From: the human T2T-CHM13v2.0 reference genome, Homo sapiens | Length of the DNA stretch: 64,000 nt | Assembly (NCBI RefSeq): GCF_009914755.1 | Contig: NC_060942.1 | Reading direction: 5' to 3' (one strand) | Part shown: in pieces, positions 13,461-27,334 of the stretch | How positions within the stretch are numbered: the first letter of the stretch is position 1 | Layout: each line of letters starts with the position of its first letter | Program-made: the position numbers and the translations under genes | The notes under the pieces: generated by a model | The model's input: only the letters and a program-made list of their open reading frames with translations | Databases searched by the model: none | What the model was told of the DNA's origin: nothing

Positions 13461-16358
13461 TTTTTCTATTTTCCATTTTTGTTATAAATATTAATTCATC
13501 CATGTTAACAGTTATTACTATTGGAGATAATATTCATTCTGCTTAACTTTCATACTTATAAGCATATTTAACATATATATATATACACATTCTTATATAT
13601 ACACACATGCATCTTGCAAACTATAATATAACAAATAGAATTGCATTTTATAATTAAATATAACAAATAAATAGTTATATGAGTCCTTCAAAATGTAACA
13701 GATTTTAACAAGGTCGAGTTGTTCTTACATCAATATTATTGCTTTTAAGCATCTGAAATTGCAATATAATGTATTTCCCATTCTTATCAAAAGATCATTC
13801 AAAGCATTTTAGCCTTCATTCTTTAGCTTCTTTAAGAAAAAAGTCAAAAAGAGTCTCTATTTGAAATGATAGCATATAAGTTATTGAATTTTTAGTAATC
13901 ATTAGCACAATAAGGAACTGCGTAGCTAACTAGCCACTAGAGATAAACCAAGATAATCTGTACTTTTGGCCTAGTGACCTGGCGAAAATATGTTTCTTTT
14001 CTCCCACCTTGTTTATAAGGTCCTATTTTACCTCTTAAGCAAAGAAAACATCTCTGTATCTATAAATTGCTTGTTATCGAGATCTCTTGGAATTATGAGG
14101 GCTTTCAGTATAGTTCACTTTAGAATATCTGTCAGTAACTTGCCCTATTGGTATACTTCTTAAAGATTCAGTTTAAATCAAGCACCTTTTCAGGATTCCA
14201 GTAAGATCCTACCTCTCCCTTGGTTCATTCTACTCTATACCAGCTTTATTTCCTGTCTGCTCCTTACCTAAATTCAGCTGAGACTTCGTTGTTACTACAG
14301 CTGGGGGTCTTGCAGATGTAGTACTAACCACATTGCAACACCCAAGACAGCTCAAGCCTGTTGCAAACATAGTGAAGTAAAACAATATTATGTTATTTGA
14401 GAAATTCCTTAATTCTAAGTGTTGTGTATTATTCAAATCATTTGTCTCATGCACTAAGCCCTTCTGTTAAAACTTTGAGAGAATAAGTATGTTTTAACAT
14501 ATTTGGTCACAAATATCTTAGCTAGGATTGGTTTGCTGAATTAATTTCTAATGAGATATCAGGGAAGGGGACGTAAGTCAATGCATCTTGATGAGAGGAA
14601 AAAAGTAGGGGAAGGCGAGACCATTAATGTTAATTCAAAGACCTACCCTGAAAGCCTTGGCCAGGTGTTGGGATGGGGTGATTGGTTCAGAAAGGGGTGA
14701 CCCACAGACAGCATGGGCCACAATGAGACAGCACCAGCACAGAGTGACATACAAAACAACAACCACAACAAAACAAACAAACAAACAGAAAGCAGAGAAG
14801 ACCAGAGGTTGAAATAAGTGACGTTCTCAGTGCAATAAAGTCTGTGTTACTAAGATGAAATGATTTTAAAATCCAATTGTAAGTGAGGACTTTTAAAAAA
14901 TGTTACATCATTCCAAAATTTGACTACTTTATGATTTCCCTCTTATGAAAGCTTTCAAAGTCACTGTTACTGATGTAGAACCCTTAGGTATACGATTTAG
15001 ATATTTAAATACTATCCAAATATATTGAAGACAAAAGTCTTGATATCATTTTACAGTTGTGATGTATGTGTGTCTAGTATTTTTGAATGGCAATTATGTC
15101 TCCATCTGATGTTTATTGGGACAGTATACTGACATTTCTTAGGGTTTGCATGATTTATTTTAAAGTCTGGGATCATAGGTAAGGAAATATTCATGAGTGT
15201 CAACCAGTTCCTCTACTGCACTAATTCTTTTTAACACTGTGCCTTATAGTTTACTGTCACCTGCACTTGTCAGAGTGCTTGTGCCCCAGCTCCTTTCCTT
15301 ACACTTTCTTGGATAATTATCTTTGGAAAGTTAGCCAAGAGAAAGTGAGAACATGCTCCCTCTGGTTATGCTGCATGTAGCTAGTTTTACACCACTGTAG
15401 ATTGGCATATTCCTAGATGGGCCTTCTACTACTTTTTTTTCTCTGCAAATCAGCATCACAAAAACAGTAAAAATTACACATATCAATTCTCAAGGAGAAA
15501 CCTTCTAGCTTATACTTTTCAAAAATTTTGATTTGTGAAGTCATTTGATTATGAACACAATAAGAGGCCTCATTTTTTTTCCTATTAAATCTCACTGATG
15601 AGATATGTGTATAGATTAGATGACTCAGAATACCCTTAACTTTGTAATGATAGCCACAAATTCTATTTGTTTTCACATATTGACCCTGACTTTGCATTAG
15701 CATCTTCACAGGGTTTAATGTCACTTTACCTGTTTACTGAGTTAGAACTCAGATGGAAATATTTACAGGATTATTAGTTTTATTTCTGATTTTCATGGAT
15801 TTTATTATCCTAATTGAGAAAAATACATTAATAGAGCTCTTTGCATATTTTGTCATAAGTATCCAAATTTCTATTGATGTGTTAAAAAGCAAGGAAATAT
15901 AATAAATATAAAGCCTCTTCCTCATAACAACATTAACAAGAATTCATAAATATCTTGTCCATATGTGTATATCTATAAATCTATATAGTTTTTGAGACCA
16001 AATGACTGTTAATATTGAAGCTTTCAAACATACGTAATTCTAATTTGGGAAAAATAATTAAAATCAGAGGTGTTCCTTGAAGTATTTCTAGTCTGTGGTA
16101 ATAGCCTAGTTCTTGGTCAATGATAAATTGAGCTGATTGTGAAAACTTAGCTCAAAATCCAGGGAAATCTGAGAATATCCAAAACTCCTCATCTTCTACA
16201 GTTGTAGAATCCCCAAGTCCCATACTAACTATGCAATTTTAGTCTACAGTCACACATCACTCCTGGGGCTACCTTAGAGGAAATAATTCAGATATATTAA
16301 TAAGTACATATTTAATTAATTAAATTCTAGTTTGACCTAACAATGTTAAAGTGGGCAC

Positions 16359-16705
16359 TGTATATCAATAGGGATAGCTAGGTTATGTTGTGGTAAAAAA
16401 AATGAGAAATTACCTCTGGCTTAGAAAACCAGAGCTCAATTTCTAGCTTATATATACCATGTCTTTTTTCATACCTTAGCTGCAGTGATTCTCCCATGTT
16501 TTATTTACTCCAGAATCCACCCTGAAACAGCAAACTGTAACTAGATGGAAGGATAAAAATAAACATGGCAAAGCATCCACCCATCTTGAAAACTTCTGCT
16601 CAGAGGTGGCATCCATCACTATGCCTGACGTCAGTGGAACGGAAAAGTGGGACCCTCATGTCTTGGAAATGCAGCACTTATTGGTAAACAATATATACTA
16701 TATTA
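16359..16705 (-). mobile_element. Old MaLR LTR (MLT1K/J/L-like)
   Basis: gggatagctaggttatgttgtggtaaa...tggcttagaaaac; aaaacttctgctcagaggtggcatccatcact. Confidence 0.7.
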
Positions 16706-16929
16706 TAGACACATATAGCACCATATCCCACTGGAGTATTTATGTATTCGACTCACAAAAGGAAATCCAAATCTGCCTTTTAAAACACTGATTATCTGAT
16801 CCTCGAAAGTGTTTAATCAGCCTCTCTTCTTGTCCCAGTTTCCAGAAAGCGATTTCAACAGGTTTGGGGGCATACGTTCAGGGCCTGTGCCCCTTCATGG
16901 CATGTGTGTTGAGTTGTTATGATGTAGCT

Positions 16930-17165
16930 GGTATCTACATGGGCTCTGAGGCTACACTCCTTGGGTTCACATACTAGCTTTGCACTAACCAGTTGGGTCC
17001 TAGGTCACCTAAGACAATCTCTTTTTGAACTAATTGCCTCTTTAACAAACTGTGAATAATAATAGTTTCTACCTCCCTCAAAAGACTGTGGTGAGGATTA
17101 AATAGATAGGCCTGCAAGGTGTTTAGAAAAGTGCCTAATATCTATTAAGTGTTCTTTAGTGTTAT
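16930..17165 (+). mobile_element. MIR
   Basis: gggctctgag...tgggttcacatactagct...ataataatagtttctacctc...gtgaggattaaatagatag...tttagaaaagtgcct. Confidence 0.75.
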
Positions 17166-17524
17166 ATACTTAAAGTTTTTAACTTTTGGTTTACACAAAC
17201 ATGCATGACTTCAACATCTGTGTTTCTTACACGTGAATAGCCATATAGATCTATCAGTTGAGTACATCAGATATTCAAAAGTGATTCATACTATATATAG
17301 CTTTTTGAAAAATATTTTTCTATCTCAATTATTGTAAAACAAGCTGTATTATTCTTAAAAATATTTTTAAAAATTTAAAAAAATTTAAAAATATGTAGGT
17401 GTGATAGCGTTGATGGACACACTATAAATATTTGGTGAATGAAGTCTTACTTTCTTCCTTCATGTCAAGGAAAAAGTTTTTTTTAAATACATTTTTAGTA
17501 TTAAGGACATCACTGATAATGAAA

Positions 17525-17781
17525 AAATAATAACAGGTGGCATTATTTAAAATGTACTAAGGTATGACTCAGTCATCATGCTAAAGCATTATTGTACCTT
17601 ATATAAACATGACTGTAATTCGATGTTTTAAATTCTAGGTAGTATGAACCCTAATTTATAAATGAGACCACTGAGGCTTGAAAAGCACAGCAATTAGTCC
17701 CACAATGCAGGGCAGTGTGTGTCACAAGAATGGAATTTATTGCAGAAGACCTGACCTGGAGCTTGTGCTCTATTCACTACA
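17525..17781 (-). mobile_element. MIR
   Basis: ccctaatttataaatgagaccactgaggc core and ctgacctggagcttgtgctctattcactac end. Confidence 0.65.
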
Positions 17782-17819
17782 TTTACCTTTGCATATTATT
17801 TCATCATAAAGTTAAAATT

Positions 17820-18854
17820 TTAAAACTTATAGAACAAAATATGATCACAAATATTTGTGACTTGACTGTGACAGATATTTTTAAATTAGAAAAAGTAAAG
17901 TTATAAAATTACAAATTAAATAAATTAAACTCTATCAAAATTAAAAACGTAAAGAAAAATCTCTCTGAGACATTGTTCAGAAAATGTAAATGCAAACCAC
18001 AGCCTGACAGAAAATATTTGCAAAAAAAATGTGATGAAAGGCTTGTATTTGAAATACAAATAATTCCTAAAAATAAGAAAACAAATGAATGAAATAGTTG
18101 AATTGATTTGTACAGATTCTTCTCCAAAGAACATATACAAGTTGCAAATAAACACATGAAATGATGAACAACAAGGAGTCACTATGAAGAGGGAAGAAAA
18201 ATCCACACCTCTCTATACCCATCAGAATGGCCAAAATTAAAAAAGCCTGACAATACCAAGTGTGGACAAGAATGTGAAGCAAATGAATAGCACATAGATT
18301 ACTTATGGGAATGCAAAGTAGTACAGCTATGTTGGAATATATTTTGCAGTTTTTACAAATTTAAAATTCACTTGCCATACACCACAGTAATTGTATCCCT
18401 AGGTATTTACCCAAGAGAAATGACAGCATATGTCCCCACAAAACTTATATGCAAATGTTCACAGTATCTGTATTCATCATTCCTTAAAACTGGAAAGAGT
18501 CCAGATGTCTATTATATCTGTGGATAAACAAACTATGGCATCTCCATAGGATAGAATATTTCCCAGCAGTGAAACTGAGTGAGTCACTGATATATGCGAC
18601 AACATGGATGAATTGCAAAAACATTATGCTAAATAAACAAGCCAGGCACAAAAGAGGACATACTATTTGAACTGCTTATATGTAGTTCTGGAAAAGCCAA
18701 TGCTAGAGGGATAGAAATGAGATCAGTAGTTACCCACAGCTGTGGATGGGGAAGGAGATGAAGTACAAAACTAAAGATAGGCATACGAAACTTTTCAAAG
18801 TGATGAGAATGTCCTGTTATATTTTGATGTGTTGTCTCTCTCTCTATATATACA

Positions 18855-18903
<49 letters not shown>

Positions 18904-19000
18904 ACTCACACATATATTTGCCAAAACTTAATAAATTGCACACTTAAAATAGATTTTTAATTATATATACATTATATTTCAGGAAAAGTCATATTTTATA
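17820..19000 (+). mobile_element. Old L1 (L1MD/L1ME1-like) ORF2 end + 3'UTR
   Basis: cccatcagaatggccaaaattaaaaaagcctgacaataccaagtgtgg; ccctaggtatttacccaagagaaatga; caacatggatgaattgcaaaaacattatgct. Confidence 0.85.
18835..18901. repeat. (CT)n-(TA)n microsatellite inside L1
   Basis: Direct sequence, >20 TA units. Confidence 0.95.
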
Positions 19001-21390
19001 AGTAAATTGATACAACATTTAAACAAAGATCACACATTTAAATAATTTTATATATCATATTATCCTGAAATAAAATTAAATGAAATGAAAAAATATACAA
19101 TTAATAGATCATTTTATATGTGACTTTTCATTATTGGCAATCTATGGTGTTTCAATAATTCCCAATTCTTATTTTATAGAAATAAATAAGAAAAAAAGCT
19201 CTGGTTAGTTGCGATTAAGAATTTTACCATTGGTCTGCCTAATTCTGGATCTATTTTTCCCTCTTATTATCCATACTTGTGAAATTTTGAGGAGGCTTTA
19301 CCACCTTGTTTTATTTCTAATAGGCTGAATTAGCCATCATCCCAGGATATTCTTACTTCTTTTTAATAGAGCAATTATTCTTCCAGCGTTCTAAAATGAA
19401 TGCTTGCTGCCTATCACTGAAAATCAGGAAATTCCTTCTCTTTAGTTTTCTGCATCCTGCCACTTTCTGACTCTAAGCACTCTTTTTGTACGATGCCCAG
19501 CTGTCTCTGCATTCTGTTTGCACTGCAGGACTGTGGAGAGTTTTCTATTTACTTCTTTCTTAGGAAGAGAATCTTTCATACTGAGTCTGTCCTTCAAAAG
19601 GACTCAGTAGAATCATGAATAATATGAATCTTTCTACATAATATTAGATGCTCCCTTGCAGTACTCTTTATTTCACATTCATTGTCATATTTTAAAGTTT
19701 TCTTTTTTGTATATTTAACCTATGTTGATAGTAAGAATAAGTTAGTTACTATTTCTCAGTTTATTTACTTCCAAATAAACGTCTGGCTGTATAGTGTATT
19801 TTGCAATTCATTTTTTACTGAATCTTCCTAAAACTTGTGGTACGTATCTCAAATATTATTTCAGAAATATTTAATCCATCTTTACCGTTGTTTCATAATT
19901 GTATCATGTTGCATAAATTTTACAGCATTTTGCCATATTAAGAAGATCAAAACCACTTTTACCTTTTTAAAATGTCTATAATTGTACTCTACAATGATCA
20001 ATAGATCTATTCTGTTCAATCAACAATGATTAATAAGTTTATTCGCTGAGTCTAAAATTTTTAACAATAACCAGTTTCCCACCTTTAAGTAATACTATTT
20101 ATAATGCCGAAAATAATGGTATAGAATTTCTTACTAAATGTCTAGACTTGTATAATCGCAGAATCATTCATTTAAGGTTTAATCTAAAACATTCCAATAA
20201 TTTGATTGGTTACATCTATCAGATCTATCATCTCTAACCACGCAATAAAATATGTGCTTGTGTGCTGAAGTGTTTAGGGATATATCAGCCATAGTATAAA
20301 ATGAGCTCCGGTAAATTAATAATAAAATAACATAATTTCAAAATGATATGAATAGTGATAATTCTAGTTAAATAAAAGTGTCTCTTTTTTGTCTCATTAA
20401 TTATGAAGATCTTTAGTCATGGTAACGCTATATTTAAAGAATTTAAGATTCAAGACTGTGCCACAGCCTTCAACTATTCTTTTAATAATTTAAACATTTT
20501 TACTTGTTAAACTCAAAGCCTGATAAATATTTGTAAAGCTTCATTTACACCACAGCGATCATAAAATGCAAGTGTTTAGTTCATCATTGTCTATTAACTT
20601 TCAATAAAGTAACTGAATTTTGTTTCGATTTGAGTACATAACTGTAATATTAAAAAAATTCAGACTTCTGAATCACATTTTAAAGTTAAAGTAATTGTAT
20701 AATAATTTAAAAGATATGTTAAAGGACACAATTACACATTTATAGAGTAGCTACTAATCCTCCTGATAAGTCTTTGTTCGTCTGCATGTGAATTTCTCTC
20801 ATAGCGCTAATTACCATGCATAGCAAATTTGACATTGTAGATTAGTTAACTTCTAGATAATATTTTATATGTGTTTCTTGTATAAATTAATCTTGCTTAC
20901 AGTTAACTGCTTAGGACACTCCATTTATGTGCAGGAGATCTTAGCAAGATGTCGAAGGAATTTATTAGTATTTATTACTATTATCTTGCATAGATGTTTT
21001 GCTAAAGACAAATTACATTATTCTAATTTAGGTTAAAAAATTAAAAATCAAAGGATGGGAGTTTAGAACATTAGAACAAGGGAAAATTAGGAAATGTAAA
21101 ATAAAAAACATTTTGACATGGGGTGATTAAAATGGAAAAAATATTTTTAAGATTGGTTTTAAAACAAATTTTACAGTCACAGTTGATATGTTTTAATGTC
21201 ACCTGTGAAATGTATGCAAACATTCTACCTAAGACTTAAGTCGAGATATTATAATGGTAATACAAGACTTACTATACAACAAATATTTTATTCTATGTTT
21301 CTACTAAATTTTTAAGATTATATATTTAATAGACTATATATTAGACTATAATAGATTATATATTTAATATATTTATTTAATATATTTACA

Positions 21391-21609
21391 TAGACTTTTT
21401 TGTTGTAAATTTCCTTCTCAGAACTGCTTTTGCTGCGTCCAAAATTTGGCATGTTATGTTTTCATTTTGGTTCTTTTAAAGATAGTTTTTGATTTTCATC
21501 CTGATTTTTTCTTTGACTCATTGGTTTTTATACACATGTGGAAGAAGAACAATGGATTCTATCTCACAATATATACAAAAATCATGTCAAAATGGATTAA
21601 AGATCTGAA
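21391..21609. repeat. Dispersed direct copy of 22958-23181 (contains L1 inversion junction)
   Basis: Aligns by eye at roughly 90% with 22958-23181, including the antisense/sense junction. Confidence 0.9.
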
Positions 21610-21679
21610 TTATAATGATTAATTAAATTAAAACACCATATATATAATTAAGGTCTTTATTATGGTCTTTGTAATATTA

Positions 21680-23098
21680 CTTATTTCTAAGTATCTTTGT
21701 AGCCATTTTTAATGAAATTTTTTTCACTAATTTTTGGACAGTTCATTGTTAGTGTATACAAATGCTACTGATTTTTGTGTGCAGATTTTGTATCCTGCAA
21801 ATTTACCATTTGTTTATTAGATCTAACAGTTTTATTGGTGGCATTTTAATGGCATTCCATATATATTGCCTTGTCAGTAAATGACAGTTTCACTACTTCC
21901 TTTTCTATTTGAATGCCGTTTATATCTTTCTCCTGCCTAATTGTTCGGGCAATGGTATCTAGTACTACGTGGCACAAAAGAGGTAAGAATGGGCCTTCTT
22001 TTCTTGTTCTTGATATCAGAGGAACAGCTTTCAATTTTTCACCATTAACTGTGGATTTGTCATATGTGGCTTTTATTATATTGAGATACATTCTTTCTAT
22101 GCCTAATTTTTGAAAGTTTTTATCATAAAAATGCTGAATTTTGTCAAATATTATTTTCTGCTTCTGTTGAGATGATTAAATGATTTTTACCCTACATGGT
22201 GTTAATGTGCTACATCACAGCTATTGATTTGCATATCTTGAACTATCCTTGGATCCCAGGAATAAATCACACTTGGTCATAGTGAGTGACCTTCTGTTGA
22301 GGATTTTTGCATCTGTGTTTGTTAAGGTTGTAGTGCCTTGTCTGGTTATAGTATCTGGATAATGCTATACTTGTATAATGAGCTTAGAAATATTCCCTCC
22401 TCTTCAATTTTTTGAAAGGGTTTGGGAAGGATTGGCGTTAATTCTTTTAAAAATTTTTGGAAGTATTCACCAGTGAAGTCATCTGGTTCTGGGCTTTTAT
22501 CTCTTGAAATATCTTAAATTACCAATTCAATCTATTTGCTAGTTATAGGTTTATTCAGTTTTTTACTTCTTCATGATTCAATCTTGTTAGGTTGTGTATG
22601 TCTAGGAATTTATCCATTTATTTTAGGTAATCTAATTTGTTAGTGTATAATTGTCCATTGCAATCTCTTATGATCCTTTGTAGCTCTGTGGTTTCAGCTG
22701 AAATATCTTCTTTTCATTTCTGATTGTATTTATCTCTTCTCTTTTTTTGTCTTGTTAGTCTAGCTAAAGGTTTATCAATTTTGTTTGTTTTTCACAAAGA
22801 TAACTCCTAGTTTCATTGATTTACTGATTTTCTAGTATCTATATCATTCTTTCCTTTTCTGAACGTTATTATTTCCTTCTCCCTGCTAATTGCACTTTGT
22901 ATTAGTTCCTTGAGGGCTAACATTAGCTTGTTTATTTAAAACTTTTCTTTCTTTACTTAGACTTTTTTTTTTTTTTTGTAAATTTTCCTCTTAGAACTGC
23001 TTTTCCTGCATCCAAAATTTGGCATGTTATGTTTTCATGTTGTTTTTTCAAAGATAGTTTTTGATTTTCATCTTGATCTTTTCTTTGACCCATTGGTT
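21680..23098 (-). mobile_element. L1M ORF2 segment (inverted arm)
   Basis: Minus ORF 21846-22091 YLNIIKATYDK...GEKLKAVPL...RQEKDINGIQIEKEVVKLS is decayed L1 RT. Confidence 0.9.
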
Positions 23099-23099
23099 T

Positions 23100-23423
23100 T
23101 TATACACATGTGGAAGAAGAAAAATGGGCTCTATCTCACAATATATACAAAAATCATGTCAACATGGATTAAAGATCTGAAACTATAAAAGTACTAGAAG
23201 AATATATAGGAGAAAAACTGTATGACATTGGCCTGGAGACTAATATTTTGGATTTGACCCCAAAAATTTCCCAATGGAAGCAAAAATAGACAAATGAAAT
23301 TACATCAAACTGAAAAGCATTTACACAGCAAAGAAAATAATTACCGGGGTGAAGGCAGAACTTATGAAATAAGAAAAAAATGCCAAATTATATATCTGAC
23401 AAGAAGTTAATATCCAAAATATA
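23100..23423 (+). mobile_element. L1M ORF2 segment (sense arm)
   Basis: tatctcacaatatatacaaaaatc...aaactataaaagtactagaagaa...gcaaaaatagacaaatgaaattacatcaaactgaaaagc. Confidence 0.85.
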
Positions 23424-23427
23424 TATT

Positions 23428-23678
23428 AATTTTATTATAACTTGTAAGCTATAATTATACATATTTGTATGTTAAAAGTAGATGTTATGATATATGTATA
23501 CAAAGTTGAATAATTAAATCACATTAATCAAGTTATCTATTACCTCATATACTTTTTTTTTGGTGGACAGGACATTTGAAATTAATGTGTTAGAAAGTTA
23601 GAAATTTCCAGTATACTATTAGTAATTATAGACACTGCGCTCTACAATCTGTCTAAAAGAAAATTTTTCCCGTTTAAC
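23428..23678 (-). mobile_element. L1MA 3'UTR end
   Basis: gatgttatgatatatgtatacaaagttgaataattaaatc...ctattacctcatatact...gacatttgaaatt. Confidence 0.7.
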
Positions 23679-23682
23679 GCTA

Positions 23683-23799
23683 TTTTTTTGTTTGCAAGAG
23701 GGTCTCACTCTGATGCCCAGGGTGGAGTGCAGTGGCTCAATCTTGGCTCACCGCAGCCTCTACCACCCTGACTCAAGCAATCCTCCCAGTTTAGTCTCC
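23683..23799 (-). mobile_element. AluJ/FAM-like right-arm fragment
   Basis: gggtctcactctgatgcccagggtggagtgcagtggctcaatcttggctcaccgcagcctc...ctcaagcaatcctccc. Confidence 0.85.
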
Positions 23800-23920
23800 T
23801 GGATTGGGATGATTAGTATTGTTAAAATGCTCCTACTACCCAAAGCAATCTACAGATTCAATGCAGTTCCAATAAAAATAGCAAAGACAATCTTCACAGA
23901 AATAGAAAACAATTAAAATG
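23800..23920 (+). mobile_element. L1 ORF2 fragment
   Basis: Encodes [27 protein letters not shown], homologous to L1 [27 protein letters not shown] at 56.8 kb. Confidence 0.9.
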
Positions 23921-24079
23921 TGGTTAATCTTAATAAAACATTTTGAATGAGAAATAAAAGAAAAAAGAATAAGTGGAACAAACAGAAAATAAATTGAATA
24001 GAGAAGACCTAAACCTAATGAAAATAAAAATATATTCATTATGAATAGCATAAATATAATAAAAATTTAACAGTATTTT

Positions 24080-25060
24080 TTCCTTCTCTTTAAAGAGCTG
24101 TGTGTCAAGATGAGATCAACACTGATAAATTATTCCTTTACATTTATATTAATACCTTTAAAGAAAAAAAAATTCCAAACTTAAAAGTTCCCAAAAAATA
24201 GATAATGACAGATGTTCCCACATATTTTAGAAGGGAGGTATTATAATATTTATAACAAAACCTGCCAAGGAAATTACATTAACGAAAACTACATGCTCAT
24301 AAGTCTATATTGCTATAAATTCCAAACCAAAAATTCTAAGGAAAATAATCACATACAGTGTATACAAAATGGATGTTGTATCATGGTCAGTAAGATTTGT
24401 TTTAAGCATGTAATGTTTTTAACAGAGACAATCAGGATAATTTGCAATGAACAGGATATAGAAAAAAAAAGATCATCTTAGTAAAAGCAGAATAAGAAAT
24501 TAATGATTTCAAAATGTTTTTATTCTAAAATTTTTCAACTGACACGGAATAAAAGAGAACTTCATTAAACTGAAATACAGTGTCTAAAATATAGGTAAGA
24601 TTATAATCAGTGCTAAAATACTGAGTGGTTTTCTTTGTTCAGGAAGTCTATGATAATTGCAATCATCATGTCCACTTGGCACAGTATTGCAGGTCATAGC
24701 CAAAACAAAAAGTCAAGAAAAAAAATGATACACTTTGTGGCCTACTGATATAATTGAATATTACACTAAAATTAAAAAAAAAGCACTGAACTACTGATAT
24801 AGCATTAACATGAATAAATCTCACTGATAATACTGAGCAAGAGAAGCCAGGAAAAATGAGAATATACATTATTATTTTGTTAATATTATGTTCAGGAGCA
24901 AGCAATTCTACTCCATAATAGCAGACACCAAAATAGTATTTGAATTTCAAGGAAGGGGTTAACTAGGAGAGAATAAAAATGAATCTCTTGCATTGATAGT
25001 AACGTGCTGTATAGTTGAGGGTTACATGGCTGAAATTACATGTAAAATTAATACTCTATC
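24080..25060 (+). mobile_element. Very old L1ME ORF2 + 3'UTR remnants
   Basis: gaaaactacatgctcataagtc; ggaataaaagagaacttcattaaactga; aacatgaataaatctcac...gagcaagagaagccagg. Confidence 0.6.
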
Positions 25061-27002
25061 AAACTTGTATTATGTTTATCTGCTCACTTGAGTTTTTGTA
25101 TTGATGTCTCATAGCAGCATACATCTCCAAACATTTTTTGTTTGTTTTATAGTAATAATGGCATAGTTTCCCATTGTAAAAACATAGAGGAGGTAAGAAT
25201 ATGGGAGTGAGGAGGAAAACAGCTAGGGCCATGAATAGTAGTCTCGTGTCAAAATGAGACTAAAGAGGATTGCTATTGAATAGCGATAGTAAGAAAAGGC
25301 TCTTAAATTGCCAAGATGCTATCCTGTAAATAGTACTTAAAGAAAAACCGTAATATGACACTATAGTTAATGTTTTGCAGTGCAAGTTTAAAAATGTCTA
25401 AGGGTTTTTGAAAATTAGTTATGTATATGGAAATCAATGACGTATCATAATTCTTTTAGGCACTCAGGCTAAAGACGTCAAGCTTTCATCTAGCGCACAT
25501 CTATGTGTTAATAAATATATCTTTCCTATCCAGGACCAAAGACTCCTAAGGCTGTACAAAGTTTTTAAACGATTGTTGTAAAGGGCAAAATGGATGGTTG
25601 GACAACAGAAAATGCTCTCCTGGAAAAATAATTCCTCTCGCAGTTGCAGTTTGATGAGAGGTTTCTCTTCTCGTATCTGTAAGCACTGCTGGCAATAGAA
25701 AATAAAACAACATTCTTCCTTCAGAACAGTTTTTGTGTAGGAGAGTCAGGGGGAGAGAATTAAGGTCTACTGTTGAGAGATTCTCTAGCACATCTTAAAT
25801 ATCCAGGAGGCTTAGTAAAGCTTCAGATAAGTATGCCATTATCATTCAAGATGATAAATCTGAGCTAAATTTAACTTCCTAGCTTTCGGGCTACCCTTAT
25901 TATTAAAGAATTTTCAGGGTTTTAAACATGAATATATATACCCTTATTATTAAGGAACTCTCAAGGCTTTAAATGTGTATTTATAAATAAACACACATAT
26001 ACGTATCTATGTCATATATATGTATATATACGCACTATTTTGAATACCTTTGCAATGTTAGCTTGTATAGTTTTTTTCTGTTATGTAAGCAGCATATATT
26101 TAGAATATTTTGCTTATATAAATTCAATGTAGACATTAGTTTGAACAGAACTCTAACCAAGACATTAAATACTTGTCAGCATGCCAGGTATGGATAGCTG
26201 TAAGGTTAGTGAGGTAGAGTGAATAAATATACAATGAACCATAAAGCATCTATTATAGATATACTATACTGAGGCAGATATATTTTAGGCCTAAAGGATA
26301 ACACAAAATGTTTTCTAGTGCATCTCAATTACAATGAGCATATCTCGAAGCTCTGAAAAGTCTTAGTGAGCTGGACCCTCTTAGATGCTGTGGGGGAGCC
26401 AGTGCTGCAGGATTGAGTTGCACCTTCTCTGTGCCCTGAATACGAATACTCCACATTTTGCTATTTTTAGAGAGTTTTGTTCTCATTTAATTAAGTATAC
26501 ATTGTACTGTGTATTTCAGTCTTGCATACATTTTTCTTGATTATTAAAGTATATTTTTAAGGGATATGAAGGGCGACACCACAGGAATTTAAACAAGTTT
26601 TGATCTTTGCTTGGAAATTTAAATTTTTTCAAAGATTTGTTTTCCAATATGACTATTTTTTATTATACATTTATATGAGAACTTTATTCAGAAATGTAAA
26701 TGTGAGTGGAATAAATGAAAAATATATGACAATTTTTTCTTTCAAATTAAGATATCAGAAGGAAATCAGATGTTTTAGAGTATAAAGGCATGTAGAAATC
26801 TTAATGTTCAGCATCTTACTTTTCAGGCAATGAATATGAGGTGCAGGAAACAGCACTCAGAGAATATGCAACTTGTATTAGCACCTAGTCCTACTATATA
26901 TAATTGGTTCCTAGAGACAGTAGAACTGCCTTTAATTCAACTGTGGATGGAACCAAGATTCGTGGCTTTTACTACAATTCAATCATTACCAACCATGGCT
27001 CA

Positions 27003-27303
27003 TTTTAAAAAATTCAAATTTTATTTAGATTCAGGGCGTATGTGTGCACAGTTTTTATATCACGTGATGCTGAGGTTTGGAGTACAAATTAACCCATCAT
27101 CCAGGTAGTGAGCATAGTACCCAGTAGGTAGTTTATCAGCACTTGCTCTCCTCTAGTAGTAACCAGCGTCTACTGTTTCCATCTTTTTATTCACATGTGC
27201 CCAGTGTTTAGCCCTCAGTTATAAGTGAGAACATGCAGTATTTGGTTTTCTGTTACTTTGCTTGGGATGATGGCTTCCAGCTGTAGCCATGTTTCTCCAA
27301 AGA

Positions 27304-27334
<31 letters not shown>

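Noticed and set aside
17558-17601. Cloverleaf-like fold taaggta...atgactcagtcat...atgctaaagcat...tacctta
   Set aside because: Too short, no tRNA D/T-loop consensus, and lies within a decayed MIR
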